The notes: a model not told the origin generated them from the letters alone. A DNA stretch of 64,000 nt from Mobula hypostoma (GCF_963921235.1 NC_086097.1:22756001-22820000), one strand, 5' to 3'; positions 1-14,750 are shown, counted from the first letter of the stretch. Numbers and translations are program-made.

Positions 1-3000
1 GTTGCGTTGCGTCAAGATAGGATGCTTTCTAGGATGCAGTGATAAAAATTGGTGAGGATTTAAGGCAGGAGTTCCCAGCCTGGAGTCCATGGACCTATTG
101 CTTAAGAAAAAAGATTGTGAACCGTTGGTCTAAGGGCTCAAGCCAAATTTCTTTATCCTCCTGAGGAACTAGATGCACGTGTGAGCTTTCTTGGCTACGG
201 GATCAATGTAGTTAGACCAGAACAGTCTATTGGTGATGTTCAGTCTTAGGAACTTAAAACTCTCAGCACCAGGAACATGTGCACTGCCACCCGCCCTGAA
301 GTTGTGCTGTATAAATCTATGAAGTTCAGTTTAACTCTATCAAGTAATGAGCTTCTGCACAGAGAATAAATCTATATGGCCAAATTCATGTCAATGAACT
401 TCCACCGAACTTGCAACGAACTAGAGATTCAAGAAGCTTTACGCAAGTCCAGATGCTGGGAAAGTGGGGAAGGCAAGAACAAAGAGGATACTGCGTGATA
501 ACGTGGAAAGCAAAAGGCGATGGCAGTAGAACAAATGATGCAAAAGCGTGTGGGCCTGCCAGTAGCTATAGGCAGGTACAGCAGCGTCATTTGTGAAATT
601 GTGGAATAGTGTATTGAGTCTGCATTATTTGATCTTTATGTTAAGATTATTAAGCTGTGTCCACAACTTGCCGCAGTCTCCTGCAGTCACGTGCAGAACT
701 GCTGCCACACCAAGCCATAATGCATCAAGATAGGATGCTCTCTATGATGCATCGATAAAAATTGGTGAGAGTTCCCAACCTGGGGTCCATGGATCTCTTA
801 CTTATTGGCCCATGGCATTGGTAGGCCTGGAAACATGATAGAGAATATAGGTAACAGGCTTCTGGAGGTTCAGGGCCACACTTGGGGATTGAATCAATGT
901 GTTCTGCTGAGTTCGCTTTACTTGTTTCCCCAATTTAGGGAAAACTGTTGCAAAAGAGAATTAAAAGTGGTACGAGTTAAACCATTGTTTCATTTGGAAA
1001 GAGTGAGGGAGAATAAACAACGAGGTCCTGTGTGAAGAGAGATGTTTTCTTACAGTTAATGAGTAAAAGATGGTGACACATGATATAGGTGGGGATAAGA
1101 GTAAGGTAAGTTTTAGTGTTGACTATATACTAGTGGGGTAATAGTTGAGAATAAGCAGCCTGTCTTTCCACAAGGCACGTTATCCCTTATTATTTCAATT
1201 TGATGTTCAGCAGTTTAGGTGAGAATCAGAATCAGGTTTATTATCGCTGACACATGTTGTAAAATTTGTTGTTTTCTGGCAACAGTACTGTTCAATACAT
1301 AAAAATATACGACAAGTTATAATAAAAGATAAATAGGGCAAAAGAGGTAGTATTCATGGGTTAACGGACGATTCAGAATCCAATGGCAGATGGGAAGGAG
1401 GCATTCCTAAAACATTGGGAGTGCATGTTCAGGCTCCTTTCCTTCTCCCTGATGATAGGAATGAGAAGGGAGCATGTCCTGGATGCTGAGAAGCCTTCAA
1501 GATGGATGCCGCCTTCATGGTTCTGCAGTAGCCATGACATCTCCTACAGACCTATCACTTGTTATACATCTCGTTTTTCTCTTTTTTGGTTCTTTTACAT
1601 CGTTTGCATCTTCATGGTTGCTTCATCTTTCTGATTTCATTAGAAATATCATTAACCCAAAATGTAAAATCTCTCTCCCCCACAGATGCGGCCTGATCCG
1701 CTGAATATCTCAAATATTTTCTGTTTTATTTCGGACTTCTAGTATCTGTAATATTTTGCTTTTGCCCTTCTGTGAGCTGGGTTAATTAAAATAAACAGAG
1801 CAAAGTGAATTAATTAACATCATTAAATGAGGCATGCAGCTTAACTGCTGTCAGTTAAATACTTTGTGATCTGAGGAATAAACGATGCAAAAAAAAATCA
1901 TTTCTCTCCTGTTCCTTTGACCTACAGTAAATACTGGTGTGACAGGAATCTTGTAATTCCGAAATGTTGTTCCTTTGACCTAAATACTGGTGTAACAGGA
2001 ATCATGTAACTCCGGACTGTAGCAGTCAAGAAATTGTTTCTTTCTAAAGAAATATTGGTTTGTGACCTAACTGAAATCTATGAAGAAGTACAATCCATGC
2101 ATTTTGTGGACTGCTCTAAGATGCCTCAAAGGGCTGTACAGACAATAAAATACTTGTAAATGTCACTCTTCTGGCAACTCTCATTCTGTGCTCTCTTGAA
2201 AGCAGCAAAAACAGGTCAAATTGTGTAAGTCATAGAACGTGGAACATAGAACTGTAGAGTACACAATGTTGTACTGAACATTTACCGTAATATGTTCTTA
2301 CCTTTCTCTTCCACATAGCCCTCCATTTTTCTTTAAAAATCCCTAATGTATCTACATCTACCACCAACCCTGACAGTGTGTTCCCTGTACCCAGCACTGT
2401 CCATGTAAAAAAAAACCTCCCTCTGACAACAAGAATGATGTAAAGGCTGAACAGTTTGAGCAGCATCACCTCACCCCATCACTCAGCTGTTCCCACAACC
2501 TATGGACTCACTTTCGAGGACTCTTCATCTCATGTCCTCAATAATTATTGTTCATTTATTTATTTATTTTTATATTTGCACAGTTTGTTGTCTTTTGCAC
2601 ACTTGTTGTTTGTCCATGCTGTTGGGGGCAGCCTTTCATTGATTCTATTGTGCTTCTTGTATTTACTGTGCATGCCTCTAAGACATTGAATCTCAAGGTT
2701 GTATATGGTGACATAAATGTACTTTGATAATAAATTTACTTTGAACTTTGAAGAGACCTACTCTGAGACCATAAGACATAGGAGCAGAATTAGGCCACCT
2801 GGCCCATTGAGTATGCTCTGCCATTCAATCGTGGCTGATCCTTTATTTTTCTCCTCTGCAACCCCAGATTCCGGCCTTCTCCCCATAACCTTTGATGCCA
2901 TGTCCAATCAAAAACTTATCAATCTCTGCCTTAAATACACCCAGTGAGCTGGCCTCCACAGCTGTAAGCCTGAGACTTTTTGTCAGTTCTGAGTGCCTCC

Positions 3001-3094
3001 AACATTTTCTGTTTTTTTTAATTTCGAACTTCTAACATTTCCAGTTTATTTTATTTAAATATATAGTTCTGCTCGTCAAGTTTGGATGGCAATG

Positions 3095-3642
3095 TACACT
3101 CAGTGATACCTAATAAAATGGCCACTGAGCACACATTCATGGCCTTCGGTGTTGTAACCCATCCACTTCAAGGCTCAATGTTTTGTGTGTTCATAGATGC
3201 TTTTCTATGCTCTTCTGCACATCACATGATTATTTGAGTTACAGTTGTCTTCCTGTCAACTTGAACTAGTCTGGCCATTCTCCTCTGACTTCTCTCATTA
3301 GCAAGGTGTTTTCACCCACAGAACTGCCACTCACTGGATGTCTTTTTTGCACCACTTTCTATAAACTCTAGAGCCTGTTGTGTGTGAAAATTCCTGGAGG
3401 TCAACATTTTCTGTATAGAAAAGTGCAAACCACCCCATCTAGCACCAGCAATCATTCCATGATCAAAGTCACTGAGATCACATTTCTTCCGCATTCTGGT
3501 ATTTGGTCTAAACAACATCTGAACCTCATGACCATGTCTGCATGCTTTTATGCATTGAGTTGCTTTCACATGATTAGTTGATTAGATATTTACATTAATG
3601 AACAGGTGTAGAGTTGTACCTAATAACAAGGCCACTGAGTGT
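3095..3642 (-). mobile_element. Non-autonomous Tc1-like element (TIR tacactcagtggccac family) with transposase N-terminal remnant
   Basis: Ends tacactcagtg... / ...gccactgagtgt. The minus strand encodes a degenerate paired-like HTH (KKCDLSDFDHGMIAGARWGG...KTSSEWQFCG). Two more copies occur in the window. Confidence 0.85.
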
Positions 3643-6453
3643 GGTTTGCAGTTTTTTTTCACAATGTGCATCACACAAGATCTTGAAGTTTATCATTAAT
3701 CAGAATTTTCCAATCTCATACGTGAAAGTCTTTCAATTCAAGTGAAACACCATGAATATAACAACCTCATTGGACATTAGAGCTGGTAAGGAAGAATCGG
3801 TTGTAAACTGCCATCACCAGAAATAAGAACTGCTTGAGAAAAAAATTAAAATGCATGTGTTTCAATGGGATAATTAACAGATCATTATCAGAAAATATGA
3901 CTGACTGGAAATGTATTCCGTTTATAAGTAGTAAAGAAAGAAGCATTGGATTTTCCCATTGCAAGGTCACATGAGATACTTAAGGTTGTCCATGCATTTC
4001 ATTTCATTCTGCATCTGTTATGCACAATGGTCAGTGTAATAAGCCAGTTCATCTCAGCCATAAACCACTGTCAGCTTCTGTACAGGATAAATTTCTGATT
4101 GTAAACTCACTTAATACTCTGCTAAGGAATGAAACTGCAAGCAGTTTAAGGCTTATATTTTAGTCTCTTGTACGGTAAAATGACTTGAAGATTTTCATTG
4201 GGAAGGAATTGTCTTTGTGAAGGGGATTTGTCAAGTAACTGACAAAGCATTTCACATCATGAACATTACAGTGTACGTTGTGTGGAAATGCATGGTACCT
4301 GTTATGAATGTTAACACCTTGAAAATAAGGCATAGCTCTTAGGCCATGACGTATCGGCGTAACATGGACGAATGGGATTGGTGTTGATAGATAGAGCAAG
4401 TGGTCTGGAGTGGTGGGCTGAAGGGGCCTTTTTCTCTGCAGTATAACTCTGCGACTGAGTTTTAGTGCCCTTTCCTTTTTAGCCTTTACCTGAATGTGAC
4501 AGAGACAATTTCCGCATTGTTTAACATCACTTAGGAAATTCATTTGTGCTCCTCCAATTGTGATTCACCAAGATCCCTCAATTATCAACAGAATGATGTC
4601 ATTCCCTGAACAATAATCCTTTTGGAACATTGGGAAAGCGGGGGGCGGGGGGGGGGGGGTAGCGTGGATGGGGGTAGTGTGGAGTGAAATGAGACCAAAT
4701 GATTCTGGGAGAGACATCATCTGTATTCTGGTTAAGATAAAGTCTGTGTGGGCATGATAACTTGACTTTTAATTTGAACTGTTTCCTGTTGAATTGCCTT
4801 TAAAGAAGAAAGAAAAACAGCATTCAGACAACATTTTTTATATCTTTGTGTGTGTGTGTGTGTGTATGAAATGGGCTTGCTTTGCTGGTGGTCCTCTTTA
4901 TCCTGTTGTTGCTTGTGTTGCTCTGCTGAACAGTGTGGGTGTTCGTGTATTGGTATAATGTGGCGACACTTGCGGGCTGCCGCCAGCACATCCATAGGTT
5001 GTGTTGGTTGTAAGCACAAATGATGCATTTCATTGTATGTTTAAATGTACGTCATAAATAAATCTGAATTTGAATGTGTATCTGAATAATTAGATGCTAA
5101 AAAAGGAATGTTAAGCTACCCAGTGGGATGGCTGGTTTGCTCCTACACAGAACCAGTATGAAACCAGGATTGTGAAATGGTTACCTCCATGCTATCAATA
5201 TTCTATAATTATGTAATGGGATATCTAGATTTTAATACCACAAAACATTTTTCCCATCCCACCTCAACCACAATAGTTCACAAACCTCCCATTCGCACCT
5301 CCCTGCCACTTGTTAATCTGATTCTGCTTCCATTTCCCTAGCCTAAATCTAGGCTTTTGACCCTCCAGTCTGCTGACATCCCAGATCTCAGATCTTCCAA
5401 CATTCCAAGGCAGCATAATGATGGCAGCATCCATTGTGAAGGACTCTCATCATCCCAGGACATGCCCTCTTCTCATTACTACCATCAGGGAGGAGGTGCT
5501 GGAGTCAGGAGACCCACACTCAACATTTTAAGAACAGCTTCTTTCCCTCTGAGTTTCTGAATGGTCCATGAACATTGCTTTAATATTTTGTGGGCCAAAA
5601 GGCCTGTACTTTATTGATGTGTACTGCTGTATGCTCTGTCTTGATACTGAATTTGTTCTCCTTTTGCTTGATTTATTTTTGTTCACTTTTTATTGTAACT
5701 TACATTTTTTATATTACACTGTACTGCTATTACAAAAGAACAAATTTCACAAAGTACCGTATGTCAGTGATAATAAATCCAATTCCAATTCTGATTCTGA
5801 TTCTGAACACCCCCTCCCCATTTGTTCTAGTCCCTAGAGCCAAGTTTCTACAACAGAAATTGCAATATCCTTTTTATTGCACCTAAAGCCTTGGAGCTGA
5901 AAGCTTGATTTCTTCCTTTCCAGCTATCAAGTCCCAGTTTCTGAAAAAGCTGAGCTGTCTTAATCACTTTGTGATCTTAAGCCCAGATATTGAGTTAAAC
6001 GTTCCTCCTGCGCCACGTTTGGTGCATCAGGTGGCAACTTTTTTTTTTAACATTTGTCCATTTTACGAGGCCAAGTTGCTAGCTCAAAGCTCAACCCAGC
6101 GCGAGCAGAACTTATGCGAGGAGCCAGCTGGAATTGAACCTGCGACCTCTTGCCCCGAAGTCCAGAGCAGATTCCACCACAGTAGCGGCGCAGATAGTTA
6201 TTGTGCGTAACTTTCTCTCCCCAGGCAGTTAATCTGGTCAACCTTTCCAGTTAGCTCCTCCCTCCAACCCTCCTATATTACCGCCGTCACTGCACTGCAG
6301 AGACATTAAACTACTTTTTGCGTTGTAAACATATGCTGGCATTTAGTTGCTGTTTCAGGCAGAGACCCTGCATTATTTTTATGTTATTTCGAGATACAGC
6401 ACAGTATCAGATCCTTCTCGCCCAATGAGCCCACGCTGCCCAATTGCACCCAT

Positions 6454-6642
6454 AGGCATAGTCATAGTCATAGTCATAGTCATACTTTATTGATCCCAAG
6501 GGAAATTGGGTTTCATTACAGTTGCACAAACCAAGAATAGAGTATAAATATAGCAAATATAAAACCATAAATAATTAAATAATATGTAAATTATGCCAGG
6601 TGGAAATAAGTCCAGGACCAGTCTATTGGCTCAGGGTGTCTG
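6454..6642 (-). mobile_element. 3' tip of a Rex1/Babar-type LINE with (TATGAC)n tail, inserted into a V-SINE
   Basis: (catagt)n tail; sequence matches the 3' end of the plus-strand copy at 19943-20500; flanked by acccat at 6448-6453 and 6643-6648. Confidence 0.75.
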
Positions 6643-8587
6643 ACCCATGTGACCAATTGGCCTATTAACCAGCATGGTTTGGAATGTGGGAGAAAACTGG
6701 TGCACCTGGAGGAAATCCATGTGGCCACGGGGAAGATGTACAAATTCCCTTCGGACAGCGGTGGTATTGGACCCGGGTTGCTGGTGTTGTAATGCCAACG
6801 TGCCAATGCTATGCAACTGTGCCACCCAGTTTGCTGTGGTTTCAATGAAATTAAAGAAAATATTTTAAAATCAGTGAAATCTACTTAAAATCACTCAGAA
6901 AGCTTTTGAAAACAGCTGAGGAATCAGAGATGGCTAAGAGCTCTGAATATGATGCCTTAAACCAGCTTATCTTGTCATCTGGAGAGGGCAGAGAGATGGT
7001 TATTGGTCTGGTGGATCAACTCAATCATTTATCCTCACCTGGAAATAAAAAAAAACAATATTCACAAGAAAAAATCGCACAATGGATTTTCATTCTTACA
7101 TTAACAGTCAATGCATTAAGTAGTGCTTTATTGCATTCCTTAAAACCAATAGGACTTTTGGAGCACTTCTACAACAATTGAGGGGCTTCCTTCCTCGATC
7201 CAGCACCTCCCTGTCCAGGAACAGATGAAACCAATACTGTGGCCTTCTCCACAGAGTCCGTGCATGGCTGACATGCTTGTGGTTGGGGACTTTAGGTCGG
7301 AAGTCAGATCCGAACCAGAGCCAGGTTTAATATCTCCACCATATGTCGTGAAATTCGTTAACTTTGTGGCAGCAGTGCAATACAATACTTGATGATAGAA
7401 AAAAACCTGAATTACACTATGAATATAAATACTAAATTATTAAATTAAATAAGCAGTGCAAACAAATGGAAATAAAAAAAGTAGTGAGTTGGCGTTCATG
7501 GGTTCAATGTCCGTTCAGAAATTGGATGGCAGAGGGAAGTAAGCTCTACCTGAATCGTTGAGTGTGTGCCTTCAGATTTCTGTACCTTCTTCCTGATGGT
7601 AGCAGTGAGAAGAGGGCATATTCTGGTGATGGGGGGTCTTAAAGATGGATGTTGCCTTTTTGAGGCACTGCTCCTGAATCCATGACATTTTATCCTGTGG
7701 TGACAAGGGATCCTCTGGAATGGGCAGATTGAGAAGATGAGATTTTACATTAGATTGTGAGGACACGCAGTCCTCTTTTATTGTCATTTAGTAATGCATG
7801 CATTAAGAAATGATACAATATTCCTCCGGTGTGATATCACAGAAACACAGAGCAGAGCAAGACGGAAAAACTAACAAAAACCACATAATTATAACATTTA
7901 GTTACAACGGTGCAACAATACCATTACTTGATGAAGAGCAGGCCATGGCACAGTAAAAAAGTTCAAAGTCTCTCGAAAGTCCCACAAAGAGGAGGAGGGA
8001 ATGAGATGAAAGACCTAAGTAATGGCAGGAAATATTTAAGATCCTTGGCAGAACCTTTATTCATTAGTAATGAAAGTGTTGTTTCGTTAAATATTTTGGA
8101 TGGTATTTAATTTGAAAATTTTCACTGCATTTCTCTATTATTAAAAAAACATCAATAAAACATCTTTAAAGCCCGGAGGCTTCAGTATATGAACTCTTAC
8201 TAGCAATTTGCCAAATTAACATAACATTTTCAGTTCTAACCCTTTATAACATGCATTCCTGCTCTTCCTACACTTACAACGTTCAGATTTCTTTGGCTCA
8301 TCTGTTGCCTGTTCATCTTCTCCCTTTGTGCCACATTCTTCTCTTATATTGCATTAATTGAAAAAAAATGACACATGACTTTCATTCACAATCAATGTTA
8401 GATAAAATAATGGAGCATTCAATTTACATAAATGTGAATTTAAATCTTCAGCATCTGTTTCATTAATATATCTTCCTTGATGCTGTCAGCGCGTCCCTCA
8501 GGAATAGCCTCAACATCTGTGTTCTGTTGTTGTTTTGATTGATTATTGGGAAGAAGAAAATTTATCTTCAAACAATTGTAGCACATA

Positions 8588-8969
8588 CAGTACAATGAAA
8601 AAGGCTGTAAAAATTCTGTAAAGTGAAGATGCTTTCAAAATAATAAAATGAAGTTTCTAAATACAAAAAAAACCTATAAAAAGCAATAAGCAATTAAAAA
8701 CTAAATCAAATTAATATCTCGTGTGAACACCCTTTCCCTTTAAACCGGAATCAATCCTCTGAGATACACTGTCATACACTCTCAACTGATAGGTTTTTTG
8801 AAGCATCTTGTAGAACTTACCGCAGTTCTTTTGCGGGCTTTAGCTGTCTTGCTTGCTTCTGTCTTGCCTGGTAATCCCAGACAGCCTCGATGATGTTGGG
8901 ATCATGGCTCTTGTGAAGGCCATACCATCGGAAACCATATAGGGTGCCGAAGACTTTTGCACCGTACAG
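8588..8969 (-). mobile_element. Degenerate Tc1-like MITE (cagtactgtgcaaaag TIR family) with transposase C-terminal remnant
   Basis: Right TIR gtgccgaagacttttgcaccgtacag. The minus strand gives MVWPSQ../..DPNIIEAVWDY, the Tc1 WPxxSPDLNxIE region. Confidence 0.6.
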
Positions 8970-11900
8970 CGGATTTATGTTAAAATACTGGAGTTGTGCT
9001 TTTTTTATTATTGGTGCACATCAATTTTAAACAGGAAAGCATAACTCTGCAAATCCTTTTAAGAACTCAATTGCTGAGTCTCAGAAGAAGATTGTACCTT
9101 ATGTTACCTATGCCAGCTCTTTCAAAGACTTACTTGGTTCTATGTTCAACTTTTTCCTGACTCTGTAAATCAGTACTCTTCAATTACACGTCTATGCAAA
9201 AGATGAAATGAAAAATCTTGAGGATTTTAAGGTGAATAGTTGGTGAAAAGAGGCACTAAAAACTCCCAATGTGTGACAAATTTGACTGAGTTGGGTCAGA
9301 ACATAGTAGTGTCTGCAGATTATATGCCTTTCCCTGAAAGTCAGCAGAACTGAACATAACTGTTGGCAAATGTGATATGGCATATTTTGTATTCCATCTT
9401 AAGTTCAAATTCAGCCACCACTTTGCTGTCTCCTGCTTGCCTTAATTAAGCCTTTGGTCCTGAGTCCTACAGAGCTATTGAGTTATCCAGCACAGAACCA
9501 GCCCCACCAGCCCAAAAATTGCTTGCCATCCAAGGTGCCCATCTATCTAGCCCCAGTTGCTATGTTTGACCCACATTTTAATGTTGCTAAAGTCCCTACC
9601 TCAACCACTTCTTCTGGTAGCTTATTCTGTATGATGACCACCCTCTGGGAGAAAATATTGCCTTTCGGGTTCCTGTTATATCTCTCCCAAGTGGACTGGC
9701 CTTTTTATCTGTGGATTTTCAATAACCTGATACATTTGTGGACCACTTTGAAGCTCAAGAGTTTCCCCTGATAAACCTCTTAATCTCTACCCCCCAACCC
9801 TCCTTTTAAGACGCTTCCCCAGTTATCTCTTTGACAAAGCTTTCCATTGTCTCACATTTTACTTCATAGCTTGCCCATGAATTGCCTCAGTGCGTTGAAA
9901 TGAATTGAAAGTGCTACATTATGCTTTTTCTCAGCTTGCGCTTTTAATGCTGTTGACTGTGTTCAGAACCAGAATTTATCTTGGGATCATTCATGAGTAA
10001 GTGATAATGTAAGATCCCACAGGCCTGTTTGCCTTATTTGGTGGTGCAACAGGCAGTGTGGGACCTGCGTGGCCTCAGTTGTAGCAAAGACTGCTGCTAC
10101 AGTCCAGGAGAGAGACGCCAAAGGTGACGTAGCATGGCGTCCGTGCTTGGCTGGGGACTGGCCACTCCTACTGTTGTGCCCTCGAGTGTTCGATCGGTGG
10201 AATGACAGGCTGTATTGCAGTAGCTCTGCACTGCCGGGAATCTGTACAATCAATTTGCGAGACATGTTGCTCAGGGTGTTGGAGTATATATGTGTTTCTT
10301 TTTGTGTGACTGTGTTTCAAATAATGAGAGTAGAATATGCCAACATACTGATCAGGCCATATTAAGAGCGGAATATACTAACATACAGATCAGGCCATGT
10401 TTCTGGGAGAAGAAACAGAGTTAGTGTTTCAGGTCTAAGACAAAGGATCTTTCCACAACCATGAGTAGTCTGCAGAAGCTGGAAATCCAAAGCAGCGCAC
10501 ACAAAATACTGGGAGGAGCTCAGCAGATAAGAACAAAGAAATAAACTGCTGGAGGAACTCTGTGTGTTAGGTAGCTTTTGTGGAAGCAGATGAATAGTTG
10601 GCATTTTGACAACCTTCTCCCCCCAAGCTGTCCTCACTTACATTAAAAGGGCATCCGCTGGTATTAGCCAATGTCACCTTGGGAAAAAGGCACTGGATAT
10701 CCACTCTACATAAACTTATACAATCCTATCAAGTTGCCTCTCATCCTCCTTGGTTCCAAAGAGAATAGCCCTAGCTCACTCAATCTCTTCTCATGAGACA
10801 TGTTCTTTAATCCAGGAAGCATCCTGGTAAATCACCTCTAAAGATTCCATATGGTTCCTAGAAAGAGGTGACCAGAACCAACACAATATTCCAAGTGTGG
10901 TCTAACCAGAGATGCAAAAGTACTTTTTAAACATTGCCTTTAATGTCCTTTTTGGTACATCCCAAAGGACATTAAAAGCAAAGTGTGTTCCTAGGAGCAG
11001 CCAAATTGCACACAGCAAGTTTCCTCAATCAGCTCTAGGATAGTGATGAGACAAACATTTCTTGGTAATGTTGAATGGGAGACTAATATTGGCCAGGGTA
11101 TTATTGGTGGCATAAGATCTTTAATGTCCATCTTAAAGAGCAGATGATTTAATATTTCATCTGAAAGATATTATCTCTGAGAAGCAATGGAAAAAGTGAA
11201 GTAGACTACATAATTAAACAAAATATGTACATAATCATAATACCTGTACTTATGTGCCTTAGAATGATACATCAGGTGAACCCTTTGTCTGCTTTTTAAC
11301 GGATATAGTCTCAGAATTGACACAGCACGTAATGAACAAACTATCTGAGAATTAGGAAACTGTTCTCTGTGAATGAGTGAGGCCTCTGTTGTTCAGGGTT
11401 TACCATGGATGCTGCGTCCTAGCTGTCTAGATACACAAGCCAGGGCAGTACAATATGGAGAGCAAGCTCCACTTTTCCACACATCTGTTGAACCCAAAGG
11501 AACGACAGAGACTGATAAGATTCAGCACCAGCAGTTGTAGCAGGAATTGCTGGTCAGCATTGAACTCCTGCCTTAGGGGCTCCAGCTCAGCATTGTTCTC
11601 TAATGCATTGATCTCTCTTAAGGTATCTTGAATGTTATTTGATAATTTTACAAATTTCAACACTGGCATTTTCTAACATCACATGGCTTTATAATAATCT
11701 CGTTTACAGTGTGAGATCTGCATTGTTGACCTTTAAATATCCATTAAGCTAGTGGTTGTAATGCAACGCCAGAATCTCATGTCCAAGGCTATTATATCAC
11801 ACACTTGGAGTCACGTCTACAACCAGAGCCCTATAATTCAGCTGTCATGTTAGATATACAACTATACCTTGTTTCAGTTGATTTGTGACTTTTTGACATG

Positions 11901-12072
11901 AAGAGACAACAATGGTTAAATAAAGTATTATGGTTATCTTTTTATAACTAATCCCCTAAAGCACATTTCATTTTTAAATGGGAAGGTAATTTCATCTGTT
12001 ATTTCTCCAGTCTTCTACCTTATGTGAGTTTGTACACCTTACTCAAAAATTCCCATTGTCCAGTAATGCAAG

Positions 12073-13238
12073 TTGAATTGAATTGATTTTATTTCTTACA
12101 TCCTTCACATTCATGAGAAGTAAGAATCATTATGTTACGTCTCCATCTAAATGTGCCATGTGCAATCATAATAATTTATAATAAATAGAACAGTCAATGT
12201 CATATAGAGTACGCTCAGTCTGATGGCCTGGTGGAAAAGGCTGTTCTGGAGCCTGTTGGTCCTGGCTTTTATACTGCTGTACTGCTCCTTGGATGGTAGC
12301 AGCTGGAATAGATTGTGGTTGGGATGACTTGGATCCCCAGTGACCCTACGGGCCTTTTTTACACACCTGTCCTTGTAAATGTCCCGAATCGTGGGAAGTT
12401 CACAACTACAGATGCGCTGGGCTGTCTGCACCACTCTCTGCAGAGTCCTGCAATTAGGGGAGGTACGGTTCCCAAACCAGGCAGTGATGCAGCCAGTCAG
12501 GATGCTCTCAATTGTGCCCCTGTAGAAAGTTCTTAGGATTTGGGGGCCCATACCAAACTTGCTAAACCGTCTGAGGTGAAAGGCGCTGTTGTGCCTTTTT
12601 CACCACACAGCTGGTGTGTACAGATCATGTGAGGTCCTCAATGATGTGGATGCCGAGGAACTTGAAGCTGTTTACCCTCTCAGTCCCAGATCCATTGATG
12701 TCAATAGCGGTTTGCCCATCTCCATTCCTCCTATAATCCACAACCAGCTCCTTCGTTTTTGCGACATTGAGGGAGAGGTTGTTTTCTTGACACCACTGTG
12801 TCAGAGAGATGACTTCTTCCCTGTAGGCCAGCTCGTTATTGTTTGAGATAAGGCCAATTAATGTAGTGTCATCAGCAAATTTAATTAGCAGATTGGAGCT
12901 GTGGGTGGCGATACAGTCATGGGTATACAGGGAGTAAAGGAGGGGACTCAGAACACAGCCCTGAGGGACTCCTGTATTGAGAGTCAGAAGGTTAGAGGTG
13001 AGGGAGCCTACTCTTACAACCTGCTGGCGATCTGACAAGAAGTCTAGAATCCAGCTGGACAAGGCAGTGTCAAGGCCGAGGTCTCTGAGCTTCTTGTCAA
13101 GCCTGGATGGAACTATGGTGTTGAACGCTGAACTGTAGTCGAAGAACAACATTCTCACATAAGCATCCTTCTTCTCCAGATGTGTAAGACTGGTATGTAG
13201 AGCAGTGGCTACTGCGTCATCTCTCGATCGGTTGTGTT
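12073..13238 (-). mobile_element. 5'-truncated Rex1/Babar-type LINE, reverse transcriptase pseudogene
   Basis: ORFs 12625-13350 and 12147-12551 carry [37 protein letters not shown] and FYRGTIESILTGCITAWFG. There is a premature stop at 12625 and an (ATTCA)n tail. Confidence 0.9.
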
Positions 13239-13887
13239 GCTTGATCAATAAAATTTTGGTTTTGCTGTATGTAATGGATCTTAAATTATAGTCTAATGTT
13301 TGTTCTGGATTGAAGACCCAATTAAAAAAATGCAATTTTATTGCAAACATTTAAAATATTGGTTAGTAGCTATGGAAAAGAAGTATTACTGTTTCAGATT
13401 AAAGGCCTTTCATCAGATCCGTCATTAATTTTTCTCTTTCCACAGCTTCACCTGACTTGCTGTCCATCTCAAGTCTTTTCTGTTTAACATTCAAATCTCC
13501 ATCATGTTAAGTTTTATTTTTAACTAATAATAATTACACTCATTGGTTGTATTATTAGGTACCTCTTCTACCAAACAAAATGGCCACCTGCTGCTTCATG
13601 CTCTTCTGCACACCATTGTAATGTGTGACTATTGACTTGCCATCACCTTCCTGTCAGCTGGAACAAGTCTGGCCAATCTCCTCTGACCTCTCTAATTAAC
13701 AAGGCATTTTTGCCCACATAACAGCTACTCACCAGATTTTTTTTTATTTTTTTGGATTACTGTTCATGAAAATCCCCAGGAGATCAGCTGTTTCTGAGGT
13801 ACTCAAACCACCCTGTCGAGTGCCAACAATCAATCCATTGTCAAGGTCATCTAAATCACATTTGTTCCCCATTCTGATGTTTGGTCT

Positions 13888-14750
13888 TGTTACGTACCCC
13901 GTAACTGGGTTGCCAAACCAGCAGAAATGGATCACTCAGTTGGAGTCTGGAGTACTAGAACTAAGAAAGTTTTATTAAAGAAATAAGCAACACAGTAATT
14001 GAAAGGATAATAAATGCAACAGTTCAGCAATGATAAACACACATGTGCACAGAATTAAGATAACAGGATCAATCAAGCTCTATCGTTGTCTAGGGGTAAA
14101 TGACCAAATTTCAAAGTGACTCAAAGTTCAGTCCAGTTTAGTAGTTCAGTTCGCAGTAATCGTTGCCATGGCGATGGACAACGTGGGGGGAGAGAGTGAG
14201 GGAACAGGAACAACTGATCATTCAGACACGGCTTCACTCACAGACCGGCGAGATGGCTCACAAGTAACTTTTGGGCGGGTCCTTGGTGATGTCACCTGAG
14301 GTCACCGACTGTGACCCCCTCCTCCAGATGCGGTCGATCCTCTGCAGTGAACCCGGCACCCAGACAAGGGCGGACACACACCGGGTTCCCGCTGATCGTA
14401 CCTTTCCACCCTGGCCGTTGTCTGATACTTCTCACCGACTCGTGAGAGGCGTACCGCTTCCAGGGTCTCGTTACCTCGGGTGTCGTGTGTGTCCTGCCTT
14501 AGCGAACCGGTCCCTTTTTATCCCCCTGCTGGGGTATCGTCTGTCCATCACTTCAAACAGTTCAGGGTTCAAAGGGGGAGCCGCTCCAGACAGCTCTCTC
14601 TCCCACGTCCCTTCATTACACATCTCCAGTCGCTGCTCCATTGTTCCTTATCTCTCCTTCCCCTGAGGGCAGGTGGCAGATCACTTGCTGATGTCACTGA
14701 TGCTAATCTAGGCCAGCAAACATCTTAATTTTATGTGTATTCTCGTCACA
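13888..14750 (-). repeat. 3' LTR
   Basis: tgttacgtacccc...tctcgtcaca; about 12 substitutions versus the other LTR by eye; AATAAA on the minus strand near 13972-13977. Confidence 0.95.

Noticed and set aside
4640..4675. G-run with G-quadruplex potential, plus (TG)n near 4847 and (TA)n near 33950
   Set aside because: Ordinary simple repeats; homopolymer length may be a sequencing artefact.
6105..6190. tRNA-like sequence with a B box (GGTTCAATTCC) on the minus strand
   Set aside because: I could not form a full cloverleaf with an acceptor stem; it is better explained as a tRNA-derived SINE head.
11427..11669. 80-aa ORF with a protein-like helical stretch (DTLREINALENNAELEPLRQEF)
   Set aside because: Most of it overlaps sequence I recognise as an interspersed non-LTR repeat fragment. 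There is no domain motif and no convincing splice context.
14271..14728. ORFs of 131 and 82 aa in the LTR, repeated at 18482-18792
   Set aside because: Antisense to the element, no motifs, and expected by chance in GC-rich LTR sequence.
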